Program-made: the position numbers and the translations under genes
Part shown: in pieces, positions 21,535 to 31,283 of the stretch
Layout of the letters: every line of letters starts with the position of its first letter
Position numbering within the stretch: position 1 is the first letter of the stretch
Source of the DNA: Fibrobacteria bacterium
Lineage (GTDB): Bacteria > Fibrobacterota > Fibrobacteria > UBA11236
NCBI GenBank assembly: GCA_050486505.1
Contig: JBJHDK010000024.1
Coordinates: 1 to 31,283, forward strand
DNA length: 31,283 nucleotides
Reading direction: 5' to 3'
The notes under the pieces: generated by a model
What the model saw: the letters and a program-made list of their open reading frames with translations, nothing else
Database searches by the model: none
What the model was told of the DNA's origin: nothing

Positions 21535-21582
21535 CAAAGGGGGACGATGCCCCCCGACGTTTGAGCACCATTCCGTTCCGGA

Positions 21583-22137
21583 TTAGAAGTGAAAGTATAC
21601 GGCAAGCGAAACCGGGAAGGTTTCCAGGGAAACGTCCCAGTAATGCGCGTCATACAGGGAATTCCCGTCGTGCCGGTACGTGGTGAACATGTAGAGGGCG
21701 TCGGCAAGCGCAAGCTCGATCGAGACTCCGGACCATGGGAACCAGTACCCGCCCACCTTTGCCGCCGCGCCGTAGGACCAGACATAGACATCGTTTTGCA
21801 TGGATGTATATCCGATGATGGGGCCGGCGGAGAAGAAGGCTCCGAAGCGCTCTTCAATCGGCCTGTTGACACGCAGGAACGGGGACGCGGCGAAAATCGC
21901 CTGCACCCCGGATACTTCGGGGAAGGTCGCGCCGATCTCCAGCCCCATGACATGAGTGTCGGACAGGGCACGCCCGAAACTCAAGGTGAATCCGGCCTCT
22001 TTATCCGTGGAAAATTCGTCATGGTAGCCGCTGAACCCCGCAGAGCCTCCGATTTGCAAGCCTCCCTCCCTGTATTGTGCGGCGGCGTTCGACGCCAGGA
22101 TGAATGAGCATGCCAATGCAATCACCAAAAACTTCAT
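21583..22137 (-). CDS. Small outer-membrane beta-barrel protein
   Basis: Signal peptide (AAA|Q), Gly/aromatic-rich alternating strands, C-terminal LAVYFHF beta-signal, SD AAGGA. Confidence 0.75.
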   Translation of the reverse strand: MKFLVIALACSFILASNAAAQYREGGLQIGGSAGFSGYHDEFSTDKEAGFTLSFGRALSDTHVMGLEIGATFPEVSGVQAIFAASPFLRVNRPIEERFGAFFSAGPIIGYTSMQNDVYVWSYGAAAKVGGYWFPWSGVSIELALADALYMFTTYRHDGNSLYDAHYWDVSLETFPVSLAVYFHF

Positions 22138-22248
22138 GATGTTTCCTTTGCAAAACGGGAATCAAACACACGCACGAGGCTTTCCTCGCGTGTTGTCATG
22201 ATACTCCGGAGTTTTGCATTTGTGGTGACGAAAATGATTTATCTTCGA

Positions 22249-23241
22249 TCACGATACGCCAAGATCGTGCAGATGTTTCGTCAACGACTCTTCCGTCGCT
22301 TCGGGAAAGTAATGCGGAAACGGCTCCGGCAAATTGAAGTCGGTTCCGGAAATTCCCTCGCCATGCGAGTCGCGAATTTCAAGCGAGACGGCGTGCAGCA
22401 CTTGGTGCTGTGCTCCCAGCACGGCATGATCGTCCGCGTGGAGTTCCCCCTCCAGGCGCTTGAGGTAATACCGCCCCCCATGCCCGTACACCTTGTCGCC
22501 GACGACGGGGTGCCCGATCGACGCAAGGTGCACGCGGATCTGGTGCTTGCGGCCCGTCACCGGTTGAACAAGCACGAGCGTTTTATTGGCGCGCGCGAAG
22601 AGCGGGCGGAACAGCGTGCGTGCGGGCTTCCCGCCTGGGTGCGGATGCATGCGCGTGCGGATGGGGTCTCCCGCAAGTTCGCCGAGAGGTGAGTCCACCG
22701 AGCCGCCCTCCGTCAGGACGCCTTCCACGACTGCGAGGTAGGTCTTGCTCCAACGGGTCTCCGCGTTGCCGGGAGAGAACCGCCGCAGGGCTTCGCGTCC
22801 GCGCGCGAAGGCGACGATTCCGCTGGTCTCGACGTCGAGGCGGTTCAACGGCGTCCAGCCCGCATCGCCCTTGAAGGCGCGGTACAGGTTCGCCAGAACA
22901 TTCACGAACACTTTTCCGGTCTTGTGAACCGGAAGCCCTGCGGGTTTGTGCACCAGCGCAAGGCAATCGGAGCAGGAAAGTTCGCGGAAATCAAGCGGAA
23001 CGGCCGGTTCCTCATATCCATCCACGCAATATTCGATTCGCATGCCGCGTTCGACGCGTGTGTCCGGATCCGCCATGCGGTTTTCCAGAAGGACCTTTCC
23101 CTCACGCACGCGTTCCTTCCATTCTTCCGCGGTATGGTAGGGGAAGCGGCGCGCCAGGAACTCCAAAAAAGAAACGCCGCCCTCGGAAGGGGCGGCGATG
23201 CGGGAAAACACGGCGCGCACGGGGCGCGTCGGAAGCTCCAC
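22249..23241 (-). CDS. RluA-family pseudouridine synthase with N-terminal S4-like region
   Basis: HKPAGLPVH, NRLDVETSG, KTYLAVVEG, TGRKHQIRVHLASIGHPVVGDKVYG, LHA. Start re-called to GTG 23241, overlapping the upstream TAG. Confidence 0.9.
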   Translation of the reverse strand: MELPTRPVRAVFSRIAAPSEGGVSFLEFLARRFPYHTAEEWKERVREGKVLLENRMADPDTRVERGMRIEYCVDGYEEPAVPLDFRELSCSDCLALVHKPAGLPVHKTGKVFVNVLANLYRAFKGDAGWTPLNRLDVETSGIVAFARGREALRRFSPGNAETRWSKTYLAVVEGVLTEGGSVDSPLGELAGDPIRTRMHPHPGGKPARTLFRPLFARANKTLVLVQPVTGRKHQIRVHLASIGHPVVGDKVYGHGGRYYLKRLEGELHADDHAVLGAQHQVLHAVSLEIRDSHGEGISGTDFNLPEPFPHYFPEATEESLTKHLHDLGVS

Positions 23242-23792
23242 TATTCCTCGATCCACGACAGCGCGGCTTCGCGGATCTGTCCGGGAGTGATGTGATAGTT
23301 GAAGCTCGAGTAGCGGATGAACTCGCCTTTTTCGTTGATGAGGTACACCACGGGAATGGTTCCCACGCCGTAGTTGTCGCCGAAGGTCCTGTTGATGTCT
23401 TGCATCACCGGCATGCGGACGCCGTAGTCGCGGATGAAGCCACGGATTTCGTCCTCGCTGTTGAAACGGATGGCCAAGGCCATCGAAGAATATCCCCGGG
23501 GGGCGAGTTCGTCGGCAAGGCGTTGCACATGGCCGACGCTGGTCTGGCAGTGGGGGCATTTCGCCGAGAAGTAGTACAGGATCATCTTGCGCCCCTGGAA
23601 CTGGGAGAAGTCCAGGCTGGCATTCGAAACGGGGCGCATGGAAAGGCCGAAGTCGATGCGCCGGGGTTCGCCCTTCTCGTCGAGCAGGAAGGTCGGAGCC
23701 TGGTTGGCGCGGGGGCCCTGCGCCGATTGGGCATGGAGGGACGAAAAGCCGAGAGCGAGGACCGCGAGGGTAAGCAAGGGGGTCAAGCGCAT
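23241..23792 (-). CDS. Exported TlpA/ResA-family thioredoxin-like protein
   Basis: Signal peptide, FSAKCPHC (CxxC), YGVGTIPVVYLINEKG; ATG 23792 with SD AAGGA. Confidence 0.85.
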   Translation of the reverse strand: MRLTPLLTLAVLALGFSSLHAQSAQGPRANQAPTFLLDEKGEPRRIDFGLSMRPVSNASLDFSQFQGRKMILYYFSAKCPHCQTSVGHVQRLADELAPRGYSSMALAIRFNSEDEIRGFIRDYGVRMPVMQDINRTFGDNYGVGTIPVVYLINEKGEFIRYSSFNYHITPGQIREAALSWIEE

Positions 23793-23899
23793 GTGAGGTT
23801 CCTTCTGAACGGTACGGGGCATAAGATACATGGGGGTCGCCTTGCGGACAACGGCCCGGCGGCCTGCATTTATATTCCGGTCCTTACGTCGGGGGACTC

Positions 23900-24880
23900 A
23901 TGAATGTTTGGGTGGTCGGGGGAGCGGGATACATCGGTTCCCATGTCTGCAAGGCGCTGCGCCAGGCAGGTCATGCACCCATGGTGTTCGACGATTTGTC
24001 CACCGGGCGGCGCGAGAACCTCCCCCCCGACGTGATTTTCAGGAAGGGGAGCATCTTGGAGCCCGACGCACTGCGCAAGGCCTTCAGCGAATTCCCCGGA
24101 GACGCCGTCATCCATCTCGCCGCACTGAAGGCGGCAGGGGAAAGCATGCGGAGTCCCGAAGTCTACGCCAGGCACAACATCGCGGGATCCATCAACCTGC
24201 TCGAGGCGATGCTCGAAGCAAGGTTGCCGCGCATCGTGTTTTCTTCCAGCGCGGCCGTGTACGGTCCCCCCGAAAGACTGCCGCTCGACGAAGCGCACCC
24301 CACGCGTCCCGAAAACTTTTATGGGCACACCAAGCTCGTTATCGAGGAGTTGCTCGCATGGTACGGGCGCCTCAAGGGAATCGGGCACGTTTCCCTGCGT
24401 TACTTCAACGCTGCCGGGTACGATCCCGAAGGCGGCATCACGGGGCTCGAGAAAAATCCCGCAAACCTGATTCCCGTGGTCATGGAGGCGGCGCTCGGGT
24501 GGCGCGACGGGGTCGAGGTATTCGGCGACGATTATGAGACCGACGATGGCACGTGCATCCGCGACTATGTTCACGTAACCGATCTCGCGACGGCGCATGT
24601 CGCCGCGCTGGAGCATCTGGAACGCGGAAGGGAAAGCATGATCCTCAATCTCGGGACCGGATCGGGAAGCAGCGTTCTCGAGATCGTGCGCCGCGCCGCG
24701 GAGGTCTCCGGGCGACCGGTTCCCTTTGAAATTGCCGCCCGTCGCGCGGGAGATCCCGCCGTCGTCGTCGCATCCGCCGCACTTGCGTCCGAAGTCCTCG
24801 GATGGAGCCCGCGGCACAGCGACATCGACACAATCCTGCGCACCACCTGGAATGTCTATGCTTCGGCCGGTCGCAGCTGA
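23900..24880 (+). CDS. galE: UDP-glucose 4-epimerase
   Basis: GGAGYIGSH, FSSSAAVYG, YGHTK, LRYFNAAG, DGTCIRDYVHVTDLA. Confidence 0.95.
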   Translation: MNVWVVGGAGYIGSHVCKALRQAGHAPMVFDDLSTGRRENLPPDVIFRKGSILEPDALRKAFSEFPGDAVIHLAALKAAGESMRSPEVYARHNIAGSINLLEAMLEARLPRIVFSSSAAVYGPPERLPLDEAHPTRPENFYGHTKLVIEELLAWYGRLKGIGHVSLRYFNAAGYDPEGGITGLEKNPANLIPVVMEAALGWRDGVEVFGDDYETDDGTCIRDYVHVTDLATAHVAALEHLERGRESMILNLGTGSGSSVLEIVRRAAEVSGRPVPFEIAARRAGDPAVVVASAALASEVLGWSPRHSDIDTILRTTWNVYASAGRS

Positions 24881-24951
24881 ACGGGCATCCGGATCCTTGC
24901 CCCGCGCCCGCCGTTCCCTGTCTGCTCCCAGCGACCGACTATCTTTCCGAC

Positions 24952-25161
24952 ATGCCGCGTTACGCCATCGCCTTCATCACGCCGAACTCTTCATTGATCC
25001 ACCGCCTGGTGGAAATGGACTCACGCGATGCGGCGTTGCACGCTTTCTTCGATCAGTTCGCCGCGTCCGAAGGCTACACTCCCGATCCCGAGGGGTACGC
25101 CTATTTCCTCGACGACTTCAATGGTCCCGACGAGCCCATGGGAAGCATTCTGGAGACCTGA
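24952..25161 (+). CDS. Small acidic hypothetical protein (69 aa)
   Basis: MPRYAIAFITP...GSILET; fills the galE-ddl gap, TATCTT 6 nt before the ATG, stop 4 nt before the ddl start, and contains the ddl SD. Confidence 0.7.
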   Translation: MPRYAIAFITPNSSLIHRLVEMDSRDAALHAFFDQFAASEGYTPDPEGYAYFLDDFNGPDEPMGSILET

Positions 25162-25165
25162 TTTC

Positions 25166-26203
25166 GTGAAACCACGCGTGGCCGTTCTCATGGGCGGCGT
25201 GTCCCCCGAACATCCGGTTTCCCTTGCTTCGGGATGCGGCGTGCTCTCCCGCATCGATGCGGCACGCTTCGACGCGTTCCCCGTGCTCGTCTCGCGCGAG
25301 AACCAGTGGGTTTGGCCGAAGCGGGCGGAGGATGTTCCGAAAGATCTTGATCCGGAAGGTGCGGGGGAGTTTCTCCGCGAGCCCCCCTCCGGTTGGGGAC
25401 GCTGTGTGTTCCCCGGCCTCGAGGGGAGACCCGACGCCGATGTTTACTTCCTGGCGCTGCACGGCGTCGGCGGCGAGGACGGCGTGCTCCAGGAGCGCCT
25501 CGAGCAGCTCGGGCAGCCTTTCACGGGCAGCCGAAGCGCGGGCTGCAGGAACGCGATGGACAAGATACGTTCCAAGGAACTGTACCGCGCCCACGGGATT
25601 CCCACCGCGGCGTGGATCACGCTGCGGTCCGGAGAAGACGGCGCCGCGGATCGCGTGGTGCGAGAGATCGGACTACCGGCCGTGCTCAAGCAACCCGAGG
25701 GGGGATCGAGCATCGGCGTTGCCATCGTCAAGTCGCGGGAGCAACTGGACCAAGCCTTGCGTGAACTCGGGAGCGATTCCGGGGTCCTGCTGGCGGAAGC
25801 GTTCGTGCGCGGCAAGGAATGCAGCTGCGGCGTGCTTGAGGGCTTCGACCCCGTGCTGCCCCCAACCGAGATTCGTCCGAAGGAGGACGGCTTTTTTTCC
25901 TTCGAGGCCAAATACCAGGCGGGGCGCACCGACGAAATCACCCCCGCGGAGTTTCCGCACGATGTCGTCGTGGAGATCCAGCGGCACGCCGCGGCGGCGC
26001 ATGCCGCGCTCGGCCTCTCCGTGTACAGCCGCACCGACTTCATCTGGGACGGCACGGGAGTGTGGGCGCTCGAGACCAACAACCTTCCCGGGTTCACGCC
26101 CACCTCGTTGCTTCCCCAGCAGGCGGCACACTGCGGCATGGGGTACAGTGAGCTTGTGAGCCACGTCATCGACGAGAGCCTGCGGCAATGGAGGGGGGAA
26201 TGA
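25166..26203 (+). CDS. ddl: D-alanine--D-alanine ligase
   Basis: VAVLMGGVSPEHPVSLASG, ALHGVGGEDG, GGSSIG, FFSFEAKY, ETNNLPGFT. GTG 25166 with GGAG upstream. Confidence 0.94.
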   Translation: MKPRVAVLMGGVSPEHPVSLASGCGVLSRIDAARFDAFPVLVSRENQWVWPKRAEDVPKDLDPEGAGEFLREPPSGWGRCVFPGLEGRPDADVYFLALHGVGGEDGVLQERLEQLGQPFTGSRSAGCRNAMDKIRSKELYRAHGIPTAAWITLRSGEDGAADRVVREIGLPAVLKQPEGGSSIGVAIVKSREQLDQALRELGSDSGVLLAEAFVRGKECSCGVLEGFDPVLPPTEIRPKEDGFFSFEAKYQAGRTDEITPAEFPHDVVVEIQRHAAAAHAALGLSVYSRTDFIWDGTGVWALETNNLPGFTPTSLLPQQAAHCGMGYSELVSHVIDESLRQWRGE

Positions 26204-26856
26204 GCGGGGCATCTCCCTCTTTGGGCATGGTTTTTGATCTGTCGCACGCGGGTTTCGCTGCCGTACTCAATGCTGGGGCGACGATGGTGGCGGCGCACGA
26301 TGTCCGCCGACCCGGCACGCGCCATGAAGACGCCGCGGAGTGGACGGAAACATTGCTGCGCCAGGCCGGGGGCGGTTTCGGGGATCTTGCCTGGATTTGC
26401 GTGGGAATCGGGCCGGGAAGCTTCACCGGCATTCGCATCGCGATGGCCTTTGCCCAAGGACTTGCTCTTCCCCGAAGCATCCCCCTCCACGGCTTCACGA
26501 CTTTTGAAGCCCTCCGCCTCTCTTACAAGGGCCCCGCGCCTGCCGTGGCTGTGATCCCGGCCAATGCCGGCAGGTTCTATGCGTCTTTCGGGGCCCGGGA
26601 CGAGGGGAAGCTGCTCGAGGCGGAGGAGCTTTTCGGAAGCCTTCCTGCAGGTGCGATCGGACTGGCTCCCGCTATCGAAGAGGATTTGGAACGCGCGTTC
26701 AGGGGCCACGCCGGGCTGTGGGCTCCCGGCACCGAATGGGATGCCATCTCCATCGCGCGCGAAGCCCGGGCTTCGGGTCGGGGCGTAGACCGCCCGGTGT
26801 ATCTGCAACTCTCCGCCGCGGAAGCCGCTCACGTTGCGCGGCAGGCTGGTTTGTGA
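26200..26856 (+). CDS. tsaB: tRNA threonylcarbamoyladenosine biosynthesis protein TsaB
   Basis: VGIGPGSFTGIRIA..FAQGL, C-terminal PVYL; ATGA overlap with ddl; followed by rimI. Confidence 0.88.
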   Translation: MSGASPSLGMVFDLSHAGFAAVLNAGATMVAAHDVRRPGTRHEDAAEWTETLLRQAGGGFGDLAWICVGIGPGSFTGIRIAMAFAQGLALPRSIPLHGFTTFEALRLSYKGPAPAVAVIPANAGRFYASFGARDEGKLLEAEELFGSLPAGAIGLAPAIEEDLERAFRGHAGLWAPGTEWDAISIAREARASGRGVDRPVYLQLSAAEAAHVARQAGL

Positions 26857-27308
26857 CTGCGCAGGGCGAAATCAGGGTCCGGAGTTTTTCCCCGAGTGAC
26901 GCCAAAACCGTCGCCCTGCTGGAACGACGCTGTAACCCGCAACCATGGAGCGAAGCCTCACTCCTCGCGCTCGCTGACCCGGCGGGCGGGCGCTGCGGAC
27001 TGCTCGCCGAACGGAACGGAGCCGTTTTGGGATACGTGTTCGCGTCACTTGCGGCAGGGGAGTCCGAGATTCTCATCCTTGGCGTCGATCCTGATGCACG
27101 ACGCATGGGAGTGGCCCGTACCCTGCTGGAAGGGCTCCTTGGATCCTTGCGCGCCGACGGGGTGGGGGCGGTGCATCTCGAGGTGCGCGAGGGGAATCAC
27201 GCGGCGCGCGCGCTTTACCGGGCGGCAGGTTTCGTAGAGGCAGGGCTGCGGCGGGGCTATTACTCGGATAATGGCGAAAATGCCGTGCTTCTGCGCAGGG
27301 ATTGCTAA
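26853..27308 (+). CDS. rimI: RimI-like GNAT N-acetyltransferase
   Basis: GVDPDARRMGVAR, HLEVREGNHAARALY...GF...RRGYY; GTGA overlap with tsaB. Confidence 0.9.
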   Translation: MTAQGEIRVRSFSPSDAKTVALLERRCNPQPWSEASLLALADPAGGRCGLLAERNGAVLGYVFASLAAGESEILILGVDPDARRMGVARTLLEGLLGSLRADGVGAVHLEVREGNHAARALYRAAGFVEAGLRRGYYSDNGENAVLLRRDC

Positions 27309-27319
27309 CTTTGCCCCCC

Positions 27320-27799
27320 ATGCCCAAAGCCATTCTTACGACCCGACACGGCGACATCACCCTTGAGTTTTTCCCCGAAGTCGCCCCCAATCACGTTGAA
27401 AATTTTCTGGATTTGGCCCGTCAGGGGTTCTATGACGGAACGACCTTCCATCGGGTCATCCCCGGATTCATGATCCAGGGCGGGGACCCGAACAGCAAGC
27501 AGGAAGACCGTCGCTTTCACGGAACCGGTGGCTCAGGCAAGAACGTCAAGGCGGAGTTCAACAAGACTCCCCATGCCCGCGGGGTCCTCTCGATGGCCCG
27601 CTCCTCGAATCCGGACTCGGCCTCTTCCCAGTTCTTCATCGTGGTGGAGGATGCCCCGCATCTTGACGGCCAGTACACGGCGTTCGGGCGCGTGGCTGCC
27701 GGCATGGAGGTCGCCGACAAGATCGTGGCCGAGAAGACCGACCACCGTGACAACCCCCTGACGGCGGTTCCGATCACGGTGAAGGTCGTCGAGGACTAA
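27320..27799 (+). CDS. ppiA: Cyclophilin-type peptidyl-prolyl isomerase
   Basis: FYDGTTFHRVIPGFMIQGGDP, SMAR, SASSQFFI, HLDGQYTAFG. Start re-called to ATG 27320. Confidence 0.93.
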   Translation: MPKAILTTRHGDITLEFFPEVAPNHVENFLDLARQGFYDGTTFHRVIPGFMIQGGDPNSKQEDRRFHGTGGSGKNVKAEFNKTPHARGVLSMARSSNPDSASSQFFIVVEDAPHLDGQYTAFGRVAAGMEVADKIVAEKTDHRDNPLTAVPITVKVVED

Positions 27800-27874
27800 G
27801 GCTCCCGCCCCTGTCGCGGAGGTTCCGCGGCGGGCTGCACGCACCCATCACTTTATCCCAGGCGGACGCGCGAC

Positions 27875-30800
27875 ATGCCCAAGAGACAGGATATCCACAC
27901 CATCATGCTTCTCGGCAGCGGCCCGATCGTCATCGGGCAGGCCTGCGAATTCGATTATTCGGGCACCCAGGCCTGCAAGGCCTTGCGCGAGGAAGGGTAT
28001 CGCGTGGTGCTGGTGAACTCGAACCCGGCCACCATCATGACCGACCCCGGCATGGCGGATGCGACCTATGTGGAGCCGCTGACCTGGGAGATCTGCGAAA
28101 AGATCATCATCAAGGAAAAGCCCGACGCCGTTCTTCCGACCGTGGGCGGGCAAACGGGGCTAAATCTGGCCGTCGAGTTGGCCGAGCGTGGGATTCTCGA
28201 GAAGTACGGCGTGGAGATGATCGGCGCCGACCTGAAGGCCATCCGCAAGGCCGAGTCCCGCAAGCAGTTCAAGGAAGCCATGGAAGCGATCGGCATCGAG
28301 TCCGCCCGTTCGTCCGTGGTGCGCACGATGGAAGAAGCGCGCGCTGTGAAGGCCGAAGTCGGCCTGCCTCTCGTCATCCGCCCCGCATTTACCCTCGGCG
28401 GCGCCGGCGGCGGTTTTGCGTATACGGATGCCGAGTTCGAGCGGATCGCCGCCAGCGGCCTTGATCTCAGCCCCATTTCCGAAATCCTGGTCGAGGAGTC
28501 TCTTGTCGGCTGGAAGGAATACGAGATGGAGGTGATGCGCGACAAGAAAGACAATGTCGTCATCATCTGTTCCATCGAGAACATCGACCCCATGGGCGTT
28601 CACACGGGCGACTCCGTCACCGTGGCCCCCGCGCAGACGCTGACCGACAAAGAGTACCAGCGCATGCGCGACGCCTCCATCGCTTGTATCCGGGAGATCG
28701 GCGTCGAGACGGGCGGATCCAACGTACAGTTCGCGGTCAACCCGGCCGACGGGCGCATGATCATCATCGAGATGAATCCGCGCGTGTCGCGTTCGTCCGC
28801 CCTCGCTTCCAAGGCTACGGGCTTTCCGATCGCCAAGATCGCCGCCAAACTCGCGGTCGGGTACACGCTCGACGAGCTCAAGAACGACATCACCAAGGTC
28901 ACCCCCGCATGCTTCGAACCGACCATCGATTATGTGGTCACGAAAATCCCGCGTTTCACCTTCGAGAAATTCCCGCAGGCCGAGCCCGTGCTGGGTACGC
29001 AGATGAAGTCCGTGGGCGAGGCAATGGCCATTGGTCGCACGTTCAAGGAATCCCTGCAAAAGGCCGTTCGGTCACTGGAGACGGGCCGCGCCGGGCTCGG
29101 TGCGGATGGCAAAAAGGAAATTCCGGACACGGATCTCGAGAAGAATCTCGATTTCAAGCGTCCCGGGATCGACCGCGTGCTTTCCGTCAAGCGCGCCTTC
29201 GAGCTCGGCTGGAGCCTCGAGCGTGTTCACGAGGCAAGCCGGATCGATCGCTGGTTCCTCAATCACATCCTCGACCTCGCGAATTTCGAGAAGGCCGAGC
29301 TCGCCGGACGCAAGCTGGATTCGATCGGGTCCGTCGTGCTCCGCAAGGCGAAGCAGTGGGGCTACTCCGACATGCAGCTGGCTTGGCTGACCGGTTCCAC
29401 CGAGGATGCCGTGCGTGGCCGTCGCAAGGAGCTCGGCATTCTTCCGGTCTTCAAGACCGTTGACACCTGCGCCGCCGAATTCAAGGCGTACACGCCGTAC
29501 CACTATTCGGCCTACGACGAGGAGAACGAGTCCGTTCCGTCCGACCGCAAGAAGGTCATCATCGTCGGCGGCGGTCCCAACCGCATCGGACAGGGGATCG
29601 AGTTCGACTACGCCTGCTGCCAGGCCTCGTTCGCCTTGCAGGAAGAGGATTGCGAGGCCATCATGGTCAACTCCAATCCCGAAACCGTTTCCACGGACTA
29701 CGACACGTCCGACAAGCTTTATTTCGAGCCCTTGACGCGCGAGGACATTCTCAACATCGTCGACCTGGAGAAGCCCCACGGCGTCATCCTGCAGTTCGGC
29801 GGCCAGACTCCGCTCAAGCTCGCGACAGCCCTCGAGCAGGCGAAGGTTCCGATCCTCGGGACTTCGCCTACTTCGATCGATATCGCGGAAGACCGCAAGC
29901 TGTTCGCGGAGCTCTGCGACAAGCTCGACTTGACCCAGCCCCCCAACGGCATCGCGACTGACACGCAGGGGGCCGTCGAGGTTGCGCGCCGCATCGGGTA
30001 CCCCGTGCTGCTGCGTCCCTCCTTCGTGCTCGGGGGCCGCGCCATGGCGATCGTTTACGCCGAGGAAGAGTTGCGCCGCTACATGGAAACGGCAGTGGAA
30101 GCATCTCCCGAACGCCCCGTTCTCGTCGACAAGTTCCTCGGCAACGCGATGGAGGTCGACGTCGACGCCGTCTCCGACGGCAAGGACGTAGTGGTCGCCG
30201 GCGTCATGCAGCACATCGAGGAGGCCGGCGTCCACTCCGGTGACTCCGCCTGCTTCCTGCCGCCGCAGGACCTTTCCGAAGACGTGCTCGCGGAACTGCG
30301 TCGCCAGACCGTGGATCTGGCGCGCGAACTCGGTGTCGTCGGCTTGATGAACGTGCAATATGCTGTGAAAGACGGCACCGTCTACATCCTCGAGGTCAAT
30401 CCCCGGGGGAGCCGCACCGTGCCCTTCGTGAGCAAGACGCTGGGCGCCCCCCTGACGAAGATCGCCACGAAGGCGATGCTGGGAATGACCCTGGCGCAGC
30501 AGAATTTCACCGAGGCCCCCATGGTGAGCCACGTGGCTGTCAAGGAGAGCGTTTTCCCCTTCGCAAAGTTCCACGGCGTGGATACGTTACTCAGCCCCGA
30601 AATGAAGTCCACGGGCGAGGTCATGGGAATCGACCCTGATCCCGCCTTGGCATTCGCCAAGGCCCAGATCGCGGCAGGCAACAGTCTCCCGCGCGTCGGC
30701 CAGGTGTTCCTCTCGGTCAACGACAGCGACAAGGATGCAATGGTTCCCATCGCCCGCGAACTCGAATCCCTCGGTTTCGACCTCTTGGCAACCGCAGGAA

Positions 30801-31096
30801 CGACTCGTCGTTTGCGTGAGGAAGGGATCGCTTGCCGGGAGTTGAACAAGGTTTCGCAGGGGTCGCCGCACATTGTGGATCTGATCCAGGCCAAGCAGTG
30901 CGCCTTGCTCATCAATACCCCGCAAAGTCGCGCCTCCGTCGAGGACGACGGCCAGATCCGCAAGGCCGCCTTGCTGGCCCAGATTCCCTACACGACCACG
31001 CTTTCAGGGGCACGGGCAGCCGTTTCCGCGATCCGTGGCCTGGCTCACGGCGAGCTGTCGGTCAGATCGTTGCAGGAGTACCACGCGGCGGGATAG
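27875..31096 (+). CDS. carB: Carbamoyl-phosphate synthase large subunit
   Basis: [57 protein letters not shown], duplicated ATP-grasp, C-terminal MGS-like domain. Confidence 0.98.
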   Translation: MPKRQDIHTIMLLGSGPIVIGQACEFDYSGTQACKALREEGYRVVLVNSNPATIMTDPGMADATYVEPLTWEICEKIIIKEKPDAVLPTVGGQTGLNLAVELAERGILEKYGVEMIGADLKAIRKAESRKQFKEAMEAIGIESARSSVVRTMEEARAVKAEVGLPLVIRPAFTLGGAGGGFAYTDAEFERIAASGLDLSPISEILVEESLVGWKEYEMEVMRDKKDNVVIICSIENIDPMGVHTGDSVTVAPAQTLTDKEYQRMRDASIACIREIGVETGGSNVQFAVNPADGRMIIIEMNPRVSRSSALASKATGFPIAKIAAKLAVGYTLDELKNDITKVTPACFEPTIDYVVTKIPRFTFEKFPQAEPVLGTQMKSVGEAMAIGRTFKESLQKAVRSLETGRAGLGADGKKEIPDTDLEKNLDFKRPGIDRVLSVKRAFELGWSLERVHEASRIDRWFLNHILDLANFEKAELAGRKLDSIGSVVLRKAKQWGYSDMQLAWLTGSTEDAVRGRRKELGILPVFKTVDTCAAEFKAYTPYHYSAYDEENESVPSDRKKVIIVGGGPNRIGQGIEFDYACCQASFALQEEDCEAIMVNSNPETVSTDYDTSDKLYFEPLTREDILNIVDLEKPHGVILQFGGQTPLKLATALEQAKVPILGTSPTSIDIAEDRKLFAELCDKLDLTQPPNGIATDTQGAVEVARRIGYPVLLRPSFVLGGRAMAIVYAEEELRRYMETAVEASPERPVLVDKFLGNAMEVDVDAVSDGKDVVVAGVMQHIEEAGVHSGDSACFLPPQDLSEDVLAELRRQTVDLARELGVVGLMNVQYAVKDGTVYILEVNPRGSRTVPFVSKTLGAPLTKIATKAMLGMTLAQQNFTEAPMVSHVAVKESVFPFAKFHGVDTLLSPEMKSTGEVMGIDPDPALAFAKAQIAAGNSLPRVGQVFLSVNDSDKDAMVPIARELESLGFDLLATAGTTRRLREEGIACRELNKVSQGSPHIVDLIQAKQCALLINTPQSRASVEDDGQIRKAALLAQIPYTTTLSGARAAVSAIRGLAHGELSVRSLQEYHAAG

Positions 31097-31164
31097 TGGC
31101 CCGCACTGATGTTCCGCCGCCGGCTCGAAGCTTCCGCCCGCCGTTTTTCGTAGCATATTGGGTC

Positions 31165-31283
31165 ATGCGCTCGCTTCCGGCATCATTCATCCTGCGCACT
31201 TCCGCGCTCTTGGCGGCGGTTTTCTTGCTGCAGGGCTGCGGAGCATACTTCAATACGTACTTCAATGCGCAGAAGGCTTACAA
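31165..31283 (+). CDS. Lipoprotein, 5' part only (probably TPR-type)
   Basis: Not in the ORF track; translates MRSLPASFILRTSALLAAVFLLQGCGAYFNTYFNAQKAY, with lipobox LQGC; open to the window edge. Confidence 0.75.
   Translation, partial: MRSLPASFILRTSALLAAVFLLQGCGAYFNTYFNAQKAY

Noticed and set aside
23242..23559. N-terminal extension of the RluA-family ORF
   Set aside because: Alternative frame inside the TlpA-like gene; GTG 23241 overlapping the TlpA stop is the better start.
25880..25920. Possible D-Ala-D-Lac (glycopeptide resistance) ligase
   Set aside because: The omega loop has FEAKY (Tyr), typical of D-Ala-D-Ala ligases, and no vanH/vanX genes are nearby.
31097..31150. Possible terminator after carB
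   Set aside because: A T5 tract is present but I could not find a convincing stem directly before it.

Overview
GC-rich bacterial window, densely coding, with no rRNA, tRNA, CRISPR or mobile element that I can see. The left 12 kb (minus strand) is an aerobic respiratory locus: heme O synthase (ctaB), a complete alternative complex III operon (actABCDEF plus a small ActG-like gene), SCO, cytochrome c-fused oxidase subunit II, and an A2-type oxidase subunit I that the ORF track misses. Subunit I switches in frame at about nt 124-144 into sequence resembling a PilT-family ATPase C-terminus, most likely a chimeric assembly join. A perfect 9-1-9 Fur-box-like palindrome lies upstream of the act promoter. 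The middle holds a stand-alone secreted ThuA-like protein with a T9SS-type C-terminal tail, a 2-Cys peroxiredoxin, a SAM methyltransferase, glgP coupled to an atypical PRPP-synthetase-like gene, and an unknown protein with a UVR-like tail. The right part is mostly housekeeping: LpxH-like, thioredoxin-like [2Fe-2S] ferredoxin, small beta-barrel, RluA-family synthase, TlpA-like, galE, a 69-aa unknown, ddl-tsaB-rimI, a cyclophilin, carB and the start of a lipoprotein. Several genes lack an SD and have a -10-like hexamer 6-8 nt before the ATG, suggesting near-leaderless mRNAs. An FCB-group (possibly Fibrobacterota) origin is an inference only. All family calls come from motifs recognised by eye, not database searches.
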